Of a DNA stretch of 64,000 nt, positions 44,441 to 55,117 are shown one piece after another (position 1 is the stretch's first letter; each line of letters opens with the position of its first letter). Under the pieces are notes generated by a model. It saw only the letters and a program-made list of their open reading frames with translations. It searched no databases and was not told where the DNA came from. A program made the position numbers and the translations under genes. This stretch comes from Histomonas meleagridis 2922-C6/04-290x. Taxonomy: Eukaryota > Protista > Parabasalia. The stretch covers positions 62,001-126,000 of the forward strand of contig JAANOX010000080.1 in NCBI GenBank assembly GCA_020184695.1, written 5' to 3'.

Positions 44441-45958
44441 TCAATTTTCTCTTTCGTTGCAATATTTTTCAAGTTCTTTTATGAAGAAAAATGATTTATT
44501 GTATTGTTCCTGTGGTAAATCATCTTTAATTTCGTCCAAGCGTTGGTACAATTCCTTCACTTCAGATTCGTCTATTTCTATATAATCGATTTCGACATTT
44601 TCTCTTTTACACGACATTTTTACCAAAGCGACAATGTATTCGTAGCTTGGGTACGCAAACACTTCAGTTTCTATTTTATCCTTTGTATTAAAATAATGGA
44701 TATGTGGGAGATCAATGAAAAAAGGAAATTGTTTTGGCGATGCGTTTAATTCGATATTTATTTCCCCGAATTTAATTGGCAAATTTAATTCTTTTATTTC
44801 TTTTGCAGCTTGTTTGAAGTATTCGAAAACAGATTCTTCTTTAGAAGTTTTATTGGTATAAAAAAGAATAACGCTATCTTCTTCTACATCATCAACAAAT
44901 TCTTCGTAATTTAATCCAACAATTTCATTAACAAATTCATTTGTGTTATTCGGAATTTGTTGACTCATATAAGAAGGTGAAACTTGTTTTGTTTCAATTT
45001 CTTGAAGGAAATTGTCAATGAAATTTGTGTCGTTAATAAACGTTTGGTTAAATTCATAGTAACTTCGATTGTATAAGTTAAATATAATGAAATAAGGTAA
45101 TGAAAATTGATCACCAATGAGATATTGTACAATTTCTTGTGTAGAGTTATCGCCAATAACAAAATGAAAGTTTGGATGTTTTTCATGTAATTCGTAAAAT
45201 ATGTCACCTAAATTATCATAATGAGATTCATTCGAGTCAATAATCATGACGATGTCGCCATAAAAACTTGATTCTGTCAGAGAATCTATGTCCTGGAGTG
45301 TGAATGAAGGTGTGAGAATTTTTTCGAGATTATCTGATGCTTGAATATTGGTAAACGTGGAATCTTGACTGCGATAAATTATTAGGGTATCTGTGTCAAA
45401 TCCGATTTCTCTGATAACTTTTGGTTCTACAACAATTAGATCTGGAAATCCGCGTAAACTTGTTATATTTCTTTGGATTTCAATTGCCTTATCAAGAAAT
45501 ATTTGTGTTGCAATTATGGCATATGGGTTTTGACCAATTACTTTGTATAAACCTGATAGTGAAGAAATTGGATCATTAACAAATGATGAAATAAAATTAA
45601 TCAAAGATGTTTCAGTCACATCAGCATCAAAATGTGTGACTAAAGCTCCATTTTTATATAATAGAATTGATGGTTCTTCAATTAAATTTTCTTGTGAAAT
45701 TTTTTGAGCCCAATCTTGATTAAGCACAACAAAATCCATTTTACCGAGGAATATACTTTGGAGTTGTGAAATTATTGAAAATAAATTGTAATGTTCTGAA
45801 GAAATTAAAAATAACATAAAACAACTTTTTTTCGTAATTAAATCATTAAAATCTTCTATTTCTGTAAAAAAAGGAAAAACTGTTTTTGTTTCATCAAAAG
45901 GGACAAACAGAGAAAATGACAAAGAGAAGAAAAAAAACATTGGAAATATTGTATTCAA
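44441..45958 (-). CDS. Secreted multi-thioredoxin-fold (PDI-like) protein lacking CXXC
   Basis: Signal peptide, PSILLYKNG, VNEIVGLNYEEFV..VEEDSVILFY, FGEINIELN, LPHIHYF. Confidence 0.7.
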   Translation of the reverse strand: MNTIFPMFFFFSLSFSLFVPFDETKTVFPFFTEIEDFNDLITKKSCFMLFLISSEHYNLFSIISQLQSIFLGKMDFVVLNQDWAQKISQENLIEEPSILLYKNGALVTHFDADVTETSLINFISSFVNDPISSLSGLYKVIGQNPYAIIATQIFLDKAIEIQRNITSLRGFPDLIVVEPKVIREIGFDTDTLIIYRSQDSTFTNIQASDNLEKILTPSFTLQDIDSLTESSFYGDIVMIIDSNESHYDNLGDIFYELHEKHPNFHFVIGDNSTQEIVQYLIGDQFSLPYFIIFNLYNRSYYEFNQTFINDTNFIDNFLQEIETKQVSPSYMSQQIPNNTNEFVNEIVGLNYEEFVDDVEEDSVILFYTNKTSKEESVFEYFKQAAKEIKELNLPIKFGEINIELNASPKQFPFFIDLPHIHYFNTKDKIETEVFAYPSYEYIVALVKMSCKRENVEIDYIEIDESEVKELYQRLDEIKDDLPQEQYNKSFFFIKELEKYCNEREN

Positions 45959-46187
45959 AATTTTCTATGTGTCATATGAAAAATTCTGACTAAACCGCTA
46001 TCAAAGACATTTCCAATTTTTATCATCTCAAACGCCAAACAGATATTTTATTATGTCCTCTTTAAGGCTATTTTCCATTTATCTGTTCAAGTGTTAGTAA
46101 ATATTATATTACTCATATATATAAATTCACTTAATGTAATTGAAAATTGTAATTAGATAGAAGAACAAGAGTTGGCATTTGGTTTCT

Positions 46188-46610
46188 TTACTTCAAGGAT
46201 GTTGCAGATGAGCTACGTGTAGCACCAACACCAGCCTTGCTGTGCTTAACAATTTTCTTGCTCATTGCGAAGTCAGCAAGAACATGACCAATCATTTCTG
46301 GCTTGATTTGTACTTCTACAAATTCTTTGCCGTTGTAAATGCCGATTATATTATCAACAAATTCTGGAAGAACGACCATTGACCTCAAATGTGTCTTAAC
46401 AACAGGTGGCTTTTCTCCTGGACCCTTAACAGCTTCACGAGCCTTCTTGAGCTTGGTGATAAGGTGAAGATGCTTGACACCAAAGCAACGTGAGATATAA
46501 CGCCTGCGTGGAGCTGAAAGAAGCTTTACAAATTCTGGGAGTTCCATGGCCTTGAGGTCGTCGAGTGTTTTGCCACGAAATGTGTAATTACGCTGTGCGA
46601 ATTTAGACAT
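46188..46610 (-). CDS. RPS15: 40S ribosomal protein S15 (uS19)
   Basis: YTFRGKTLDDL...VVKTHLRSMVVLPEFV...GIYNGKEF..V.IKPEMIGH.L..F...GVGATRSS. ATG 46610 with M5 at 46621-46625 and two M3 motifs upstream. Confidence 0.97.
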   Translation of the reverse strand: MSKFAQRNYTFRGKTLDDLKAMELPEFVKLLSAPRRRYISRCFGVKHLHLITKLKKAREAVKGPGEKPPVVKTHLRSMVVLPEFVDNIIGIYNGKEFVEVQIKPEMIGHVLADFAMSKKIVKHSKAGVGATRSSSATSLK

Positions 46611-46935
46611 TTCCTTATCGAAAGGCCGACCAAAACCGTTCAAACCGCTTTCTCGCTATGAAATCTTTGAAATGATTTTCCAACATTAAATATCTCATTT
46701 ATCTTACTAAATTTATAAAGATAAGAATTTACAGTCACAAATTGTATTACACACAAAATAATATTTAATAAAAGATATAATAATAAATTTGCAATTCAGA
46801 AATGCTTCTGAATATTCCAAAGAAAATTCTAGAAAATGCAAATAACCTCAGCACAAACAATAAGTCATACATATGTTTGGAGATCTAAATATGTGTGCAC
46901 ATTTTTTCGATTGTTTATAAATATTATTTAATCTA

Positions 46936-48906
46936 TTATTTATTAAGAAATGCAAACAATTTCTTTTTCCACACTTCCTGGAGCTTTTGGCAGTTGGCAA
47001 AAAACACTTCTCCAGCGATTTCGCCTCTTTTCAATTCCATATATCCACTCAGCTGCCTAATAGCTATATTCAGAAGATCTGTTTCTGCGTACTGTGATTC
47101 TCTTAGAGCTTGATAAATTGATGCAAGAACTTCTTTATCTGTCTCTTGGATATCAATCACGTCTTTTCTAACATTTTGCATTTTAATACGCGACAAGTAT
47201 CTTGAACAAGTTGTCCAAAAGTGTTGACGTACTTCTGGATCAGCTCCAGGTGAAATACAAAAATAAGCAAATTTTTGATAAGATGGAATTTCAAAGCAAT
47301 CGAATAAAAATCGTTCAAAATATGTGCTACAGTCAATTGGTCTTAATGAATCTGCTGGAAGAGGATCAGGATAATGATCTAAAAATTCACAGACTGTGTC
47401 TGATATATCCGCTCCATCGTTACGGTTAAATAAAGGAAGTATGTATCGTAGTGGGAAGAAAAGTGCTATTTTCAGGAGTTCCTCAATTTTCTCTTTTTCA
47501 ATAGTTAACAAATGTTCAAACAATTCATAGGGATCAACAGGTCTTTCCTTAGAGACGCCAAACCCAAATATGGTATTGACTAAGATATCTGCAGCTGGAT
47601 TTGTAAATGAATAAAGGCAAGGAAGAATTTGTGGGAGATATTTCAAATCTTTTGTCTTGATAATATATTCAACAATTCCACAAATTTCAGCTCTCTTAAC
47701 CCAGCAAAGATGTTCTTCCTTTGGTGGCTCAGGTACATTAATAGGGATTCCAGCATAAATAGAAAGTGTTACAAACCCAGGAGAAAAAGATGCGCCTTCA
47801 ATTGCCTTTTTTGCAACTTCTTTTGGTAACAAATTGTTCTTTGTAAAGCTTGCAAGGAATGAAACCACAAATGGGTCAGGGCAAAACTTAACGACCGAAT
47901 CAATATATTTGACATATGGAGAAACGTCATCAGTTCTTGAAAGAAGAATCGAAAGAACCACAGGGTGGAGCTTTGCAAGTACTTCATCGCCAGGAATTTC
48001 TTTTAAAAAGCATAATAATGATGCAGATTCTTTTGCTATCTCTAATTCTCCTTCCAGAGCCTCTAATGCCTGCTTTTTCGCGAAGACAGTTCCCCAACTG
48101 ATGAATGCGCTCCTTGCAAGGCGGAATAATGGGATTGAAGGCTTTTGAGATTCGAGAGATGAAATATCAAATTGTTTTGAAGGAGTTAAAAGTGAAAGAA
48201 CATTCATAATGAAATAATTAGAATTTGCTGCAGAAACCAAATCAGATGTATATTGTGCGAATTCGAGAGTCATTGATGTAACTGGTGGAATTGCTGGATA
48301 TGGATAAATAGAAAGCATATCTTGGTACTGTGTAAACAAAAGCTCTTTCATTAAATCGATTGCAAAGGATTTGATTGTGTTATTTGTAGGTGGAAATAAT
48401 GATATCACTGTGAGAAGAGGAATTTGGAGTTCACGAATATCTTTATCATATTTCTTGGGATTGTTCTTTATAGTGTTGTAAAGAACTTCAAATGCAAAGG
48501 CGCGTTGTGAATTATTTCTTGATCTTGATAAAAGTGCAAGTTCATATAAAGCATAGCCAGGTTTCTCTGGGTTATCCCCATGGCTGTGGAGTCCTTCAAG
48601 AATAGTTTCTTCGGTTTCTTTGGCACCCGTGATTTCATTTCCATCAAAATCAAACCTGGGTGTTGTGTCATCCAATGGTTGATTATTGGGATTTGCTGAC
48701 TCTGGGAGTGCATCCTCCATCATTTCAAAATTACTTTCTTCAGGCTGAACAGGTTTCGGTTTTTTAATAATTATTTTTTTCTTTGTTGGCTTGACTTGTG
48801 GAAAACCTCTCGGAGCTGACTTTTTGATTGGAGGTGGTGGTGCCATATCGCGTTCAACAACATCGCCTGCTAATTGTTGAACATGACCCGAGTTTGCTCC
48901 TTCCAT
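46936..48906 (-). CDS. RPAP1: RNA polymerase II-associated protein 1 (RPAP1/Rba50)-like
   Basis: GDVVERD, RFDFDGNEI and LHSHGDNPEKPGYALYELALLSRS...QR..A signatures. Confidence 0.85.
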   Translation of the reverse strand: MEGANSGHVQQLAGDVVERDMAPPPPIKKSAPRGFPQVKPTKKKIIIKKPKPVQPEESNFEMMEDALPESANPNNQPLDDTTPRFDFDGNEITGAKETEETILEGLHSHGDNPEKPGYALYELALLSRSRNNSQRAFAFEVLYNTIKNNPKKYDKDIRELQIPLLTVISLFPPTNNTIKSFAIDLMKELLFTQYQDMLSIYPYPAIPPVTSMTLEFAQYTSDLVSAANSNYFIMNVLSLLTPSKQFDISSLESQKPSIPLFRLARSAFISWGTVFAKKQALEALEGELEIAKESASLLCFLKEIPGDEVLAKLHPVVLSILLSRTDDVSPYVKYIDSVVKFCPDPFVVSFLASFTKNNLLPKEVAKKAIEGASFSPGFVTLSIYAGIPINVPEPPKEEHLCWVKRAEICGIVEYIIKTKDLKYLPQILPCLYSFTNPAADILVNTIFGFGVSKERPVDPYELFEHLLTIEKEKIEELLKIALFFPLRYILPLFNRNDGADISDTVCEFLDHYPDPLPADSLRPIDCSTYFERFLFDCFEIPSYQKFAYFCISPGADPEVRQHFWTTCSRYLSRIKMQNVRKDVIDIQETDKEVLASIYQALRESQYAETDLLNIAIRQLSGYMELKRGEIAGEVFFANCQKLQEVWKKKLFAFLNK

Positions 48907-49073
48907 CCTACTATAGAGGGCACCCCAAGTGTAAACGGTTTCAATTTGGTAAATCTTTTCTGTCTAAAACACAGTAATAATTATTTTAATTAAGGAGCTC
49001 TTTTTGAAATCATTAATAATACCCAAAGTTTTCTTAATAAATTTATCTAAAAAAGCAAAACTAAAAAAAATAT

Positions 49074-52000
49074 TTATTTCTTTTTATTAATTGAATTAGT
49101 TGTATTCCTTGGAGTTACACTTCTTTTCGTTTTACTTGCACTATTACCCATTAACATTTTTGTAATATCACTTTGTTCTCTTTTTGATGACAATGATGAT
49201 GCATACGTTTGTGCTGACTTAAATGAACATAATAATCTCCAAATATAATATTAAAACTTCATTAAATTTAAATATACTTTATTTTAAATAGAAAAATATC
49301 TTTAATATGAATATCAATTCCATTATGTTCAAGAAGAGCTTCAATAATTTTTATGTTTCCATACTTTGAAGCACAGATAAGAGCAGTTTGTAATTATTTA
49401 AAGAAATTCCTTATAAATTTTTGGAATTTTAAAAGAATTTAATTAATATTAAATAAATAAAAAAGACATCTACTGCATTAACATTAATTCTTTCATTCTC
49501 AAGAAGAGTTTTAGTAACTGATATATCAGAATTTAATGTAGCATATATAAGAGCTGTTTGGAATAATTTGTTGAATTTCCATATAATATTATGAAATTTT
49601 AAGAGAATTAAACAGATATTAAATCAATAAAAAAGACATCTGCTGCATTAATGTCACTTCCATGTTCAAGAAGTAATTTAACAACTGAGTTATGATATTT
49701 TTCTGCTGCCCAAATTAGTGCTGTCTTGTTTAAAATAATTTAATACCAAATATCATTTTGAAACTACAAATAACACAACAAAATTTTAAATATATCATAT
49801 AAATACTTTTTGCATTAATATCAATTCCTTTTTGCGCAAGAAGTAGTCCAACAACATCACAATTTCCTTGACTTGAAGCAAAAATAAGAGCTGTATTAAA
49901 TATTTACGAGAAACGCCTTCATTGGTTAAAAAACTCCAAATATTTAATATCGACTTGAAATAATATAAATTTATAGATTTAGTATTAATATCAATTCCTT
50001 TTTGTTCAAGAAGTAATTTAACTAAAACATAATAACCATTTTGACAAGCCCACATTAAAGTTGTTTTATATATTTTGAAGAAATTCCGAACATTTTAAAG
50101 ATATTTTATATTATTAAAATAAATACTAAATAAAATGAATAAAAATCTTTTTCATTAATATCAATTTTTTCTTGTTCAAGAATTAATTTCATTATTTCAT
50201 AGTAACCATCTAAATATTTATCGTCAATTATAAATAAAAATAATAAATTTTAAAAATTATTTGGAAACAGGTTGAACGTAAGATAATCTTATAGATTTAT
50301 AATGTTCTAGTAAATTTCTAATATCTTCTTCATTAGTTTTAGCTAGCAGCATAATTATATTTATAAATTTTATGAATAAATTCCAAATATTTAATATAAA
50401 AATCATTTTAATATAAAAAACATTAAAAGAAATGATGAAATATCTCTAATAGTAATATCAATTCCTTGTTCAAGAAGTAGTTTAGCATTATTTACTTGAT
50501 TAAATATAGAAGAACATGTTAGTGTTGTCCAAAATCATTTTGATAAAATCCAAATAATATTTTATAACACGAAATTTATTGATATTAACATTGTAATAAT
50601 TAAATAAATATCTTTATCATTGATATTAATTCCTCCTGTATAAAGAAATAATCTTACAATTTCAGGATAATCATACATACATGCAATCATCAAAGCTGTT
50701 TGAAACAATTTAAACAAATTCCAATTAAAACTATAAAACATTAATATATTTAAATAAATTTTATAATAATAAAATAAATATCTTTAATGTTAACATCGAT
50801 TTTTTCATGATTAAGAAGTAACTCAACAGGTTTTTTTAAATTTTTTCTACATGCAAACATAAGAGCTGTTTGAAACAATTTAAACAAATTCCAATTAAAA
50901 CTATAAAACATCATTATATTTAAATAAATTTTATAATAATAAAATAAATACCTTTAATGTTAACATCGATTCGTTTATGTTGAAGAAGTATTTCAAGTTT
51001 TTTTTTGAAGTCTTGTTCTCGTTTTTCATCATGAAAACTTTTCCATTCATATAATAAACTTATTAAGTAAATAAGTGCTGTTTGTAATTATAATAATAAA
51101 TTCCAATATATAAAATTATATATCAAAATCTTAAAATAAATATTAAAAAATATAATTTAACATTTTTCATATTGACATCAATTCTTTCGTTCTCAAGAAT
51201 TAATTTAAAAACATTAATAGACGTTTTTTTATAAATGCTCAACATAAGAATTGTTAGAAATAAATTGAAGAATTTCCAAACTTAAATATAAAAATTCAAA
51301 ATTTTAAAACAATCATCTTAATATTTAAATAAATATCTTTTTCATTAACATCAACATTTTTATTTTCAAGAAAACTTTTAATAGCTTCTATATTATTAGT
51401 TATTACTGCATTTGCTAATGCTGATATATATAAATTGATTAAATTCCAAATATTAAGATGAAACTTGAAATTATTGAAATAAATTTTAAGTAATGTTAAC
51501 ATAAATCTTGAGTGTTTTGATCAACTCCTTCTTGTTCAAGAATTAAATTTAATATTTCTTTGTTTCTAGATCTAGATGCTTTCATGAGTGCAGTGTCAAA
51601 TGATTTAAAAAAATTCCAAATATAATTTAGAAATATAAAATCATTTAAATAAATTTTAAAATAAATTAACAAATGTTTTTTGCATTAATATCAATTTCTT
51701 TAATTTGAAGGAATAATTTAACTAATTCTAAATTACCTTTCTCACATGCAAAAATAAGTAATGTATTAAATAATTAAAAGAAAATTCAAATTTTAGTTTG
51801 AAACCTTAAATTAATGTAATAAATCTCATTAAAAATTAATGAACATCTCTACATTTATTATTTATTTTTACATGTGTAAGTAACAACTTAACAATATCAA
51901 TGTTTCCATTATTTACAGCTATAAATAAGGATTTTACATATATTTTAAATGAACTTTAATTAAAACAAAGATATATCTTTATTAGTTATTTCAAATGAAT

Positions 52001-53398
52001 ATCTTTTATTTAAAAACTTTTCGATAATTTCAAGATTATTATTATTAGCTGCAATCACAATAGCAGCATCAAATAATTTAAATAATTTCCTAATATTATT
52101 TTGAAACATTAAAAAATTCAAACAAATTTGAAATAAAATGTATAAATATATTTAGCATTGATATTAATTTCTTTGTACTTCTTAAGGAAATTAAAAATTT
52201 CAACATTTCCATTTCTTGCGCATAAATAGAAACCATATGGTGGAATTCCATTCATATCAAAAAGATGTTTTATTAGAAATATATTGTTTTTACACATGAT
52301 ATCAAATATGATAACTTCATCAAATTTTAATCCTTCTTCCTCTAAAAACAAAAGAATTTCATAATTATCATAGAAAACGCAATTGTGAAGTAATTTGGTT
52401 GTTTGATCTTTATTAAAGTTTATCTTTCCAGGAATTTGGTTTTCATAAAGATATTTAAAGATATCATTTTGATGAAACATAATTGCTGTTTCATATGCAT
52501 CTTCAAATGTTGAATTATTTTGTTCACATATATGAATAATTTCAAGATTTCCGCCTGCAACTGCAAATTTTCCTGTTCTATATGCATCTGCTTTATTAAG
52601 TAATAAATATCTAAAACATTTTGTTGATCCGAAAAATGCTGCATAATCAATTAATTTAACAATGTTTGTATTAGCAAATGAAAATCTTTCATATGGTGAC
52701 GTATCAATACATTGATTAAAATTGAAATTTGTTTGCGATGATAATTCTTGAAGTTTCTCAACTTCATCATTTCGAATTATTTTAGCAATTTTATCCGGAT
52801 TATGTCCTTCTTCAACATATTCCTCATGAAGAGCCCAATAATTTTCTCTAAGATTTTTATTACGTTTAATGAAATCATAAATTGAACTTGTTCTTTTTTC
52901 GGAGAATTGGAATTCCTTTGGATAAGTGTAATGAGCCATATATACTGAGTTCTTTTTAATGGATGGACAAACCATGTTATAATCAATGAGTTTTTCTTTA
53001 ATCATCTTGTCCATAATATAGTAATATTGATCTTTGTTTACTGAGTCTATGCATATTTTGCTGAAAATTTTGTAAATGTTTATGTTTTCTTTATTGACTG
53101 TATTCGCAAAATCGTTTAAAAATTTTAAGAGTAGATTTAAGCTAAATGTAGTACTAGCGCAAAAAAATGAAAAGGTAATTTCACAAATAGTGGCACAAAA
53201 TGTATATGAATAAGAATTATCAAAATATTGCATGATTGATTGAATTGTTGAATCAATATTATTTTCTTTTAGATTAATTATAATATTTTCTAGAGATTGA
53301 AGAGTATTGAGGCATTCGTTATTTTTGGTATTAGTTTTAGTATGTATTCTTGGTGTATTTGGTCTTTGGGTGCCAGATTTTTGAGATCTTGACTTCAT
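49074..53398 (-). CDS. DUF3447-type ankyrin gene: ~416-codon first exon followed by ankyrin repeats separated by 18 spacers (15 x 80 nt, 1 x 81 nt, 2 x ~40 nt)
   Basis: The ORF-track stop at 52118 lies inside the first spacer (52147-52068). Downstream blocks are stop-free ankyrins (e.g. TLLIFACEKGNLELVKLFLQIKEIDINAKN; TALIWAAEKYHNSVVKLLLEHGSDINAAD). The last block SAQTYASSLSSKREQSDITKMLMG...INKKK ends at TAA 49074-49076. Confidence 0.78.
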
Positions 53399-53477
53399 TT
53401 AACAAATGAAATTTGTGTAATTTACATTAAAATTGCCATTTTTGAACATCAGTTTATTTTAACAAAAAATAGAGAGG

Positions 53478-53907
53478 TAAAGTTAAAAAAATTACTTCTT
53501 GAACAAGATGAAATTGATGTTAATGCTGGAGATATTCATTTAAATTATTATATATTATAATTATACGGTTATATGCTATTCAACAATTTATTATTTTTAT
53601 TCAAATTTCTTTACATTAATTAATCCAATAAAAAAAACAAAATAACGAAAATAAGAATACAAATATGATTATTGTTATAGTAGTTTGTGTTTTAATTTTA
53701 ATGGTAATTGTCATTATTATTTATTTAATTCGCCACAATAAAAATAATAAAATGATTAGTTCAGGAGATGAATGTGAGTACGAAAGTAAAGAGCCAAGAC
53801 AATATGAAGAAGGAAATTCAATAAACAATTTTGAATCTGTATTTAGTACAAACTATGTCGAAGATGATGCATTTGCAAAGGATTTTAAAGAAGAAACATT
53901 TAAATAA
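53478..53907 (+). pseudogene. Fragments: half ankyrin (KLLLEQDEIDVNAGD) with degenerate spacer, then TM + acidic tail of a BspA-type surface gene
   Basis: The 53665-53907 ORF ends YVEDDAFAKDFKEETFK, like the EEDPFADDFKEEKF tail of the 59590 gene. A second tail relic lies at ~54350-54420. Confidence 0.6.
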
Positions 53908-55117
53908 GTCTAAATTTTTAATAATGATTTTTCATTAATAGCCTATAAAATATGATTTAATGTTAAAAAAAAGCTCCAGTTTCTGTTCTTTTATAGGTTT
54001 ATTAATTAATCTTTTGTGTTAATAATAAAAATTAGTGTTTTGCTAATAATTCATTTTTTTCATTCAAAAATGTGATAATTCAAATTCATTTCAATTATTG
54101 CTATAGGTTACACCACTAATGATTAACGAACTTAAAACAAAAAATAAATAATAAATAAACATTTTTTAATTCAATGAAACAAGTTTTTGATTATATAATC
54201 TTAATATCAATTCCGAGGATTTAGTGCCCGTAATAAACTCTTCCATTCTCATCTCATTTTTTGTAAGCGAATACCATTTGAGAATCCTAATTCACAGTTG
54301 AATACGATAGATCGTTAAATTTATACCAGAACGAGTTCATATAAAACCATTTCAACAGTACAAACTATGTCGGAGATGATCCATATGCGAAGGATCTTAG
54401 AGAAAAAACATTTATATGAATATAAATTCCTTTTTATGATTATTTCAATCGAAAGTATACAATTTGGGCATTAACACACAAAAGTTGAATGATTATTGAA
54501 ACTTTCTACTCATAAAAAGTTGGTTGTTTCTTGTCGTTTTCCCTTAAATCCATTCAAATGTCATAGTCCTCACTTGTGAGCAAGTAAATGAGATCTTTTC
54601 ATGTCACCTAATGCTTCATGTGTGTGCCTCGGCATCCAAAATAATTTCGATGAGAACTCACATCTCACATCGAACAACAGTTGTTACACACATTTCTAAT
54701 GAAAAATTGATAGTTTTTCGTTACAACCAAATTAGATTTATATTGTAAACGCATATACCAAATCGATGAAATATGATGGACATTCTCAATTATGATAACA
54801 TTAATTTACATTTGCACTTTCATCCTCCTCATAAATTTCAACAAACATGTTTTTATTTCAAATAAATATAATTTTGATTCCATCACTGAAAATAAAACAA
54901 TGAACAAGCATGTACATAACAAAAACATTCATTACATCCCAAGTAACATAAGAGAACACATAAAGAGTAAAATATATTTACAAAAAATTCAAACAGTAAA
55001 CAACATAAATCATTTACTGCAATGCGTTTCACTCAACAATTCTCTAAATAACAATAAAATAGGTTTTAAGCCTTTCGTTTCTTCAAATTTAATAATTTCA
55101 AATTTTTTTATTCCAAA

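Noticed and set aside
7198-48713. Numerous short overlapping or antisense ORFs in the ORF track (e.g. 7198-7380, 10566-11003, 21046-21261, 31346-31660, 39733-40074, 47834-48148)
   Set aside because: Shadows of well-supported genes in other frames or on the opposite strand, with no independent motifs.
49218-52147. Spacers as canonical GT-AG or U12 AT-AC introns
   Set aside because: GT occurs in a minority, AG is rarely at the 3' end, and there is no ACTAAC or TCCTTRAY branch motif. Using the AC of the Thr codon as the 3' end would destroy the TAL motif.
49218-52147. Array as a CRISPR-like or satellite repeat
   Set aside because: Eukaryotic locus, no cas genes, and the conserved parts encode ankyrin repeats with protein-like divergence.
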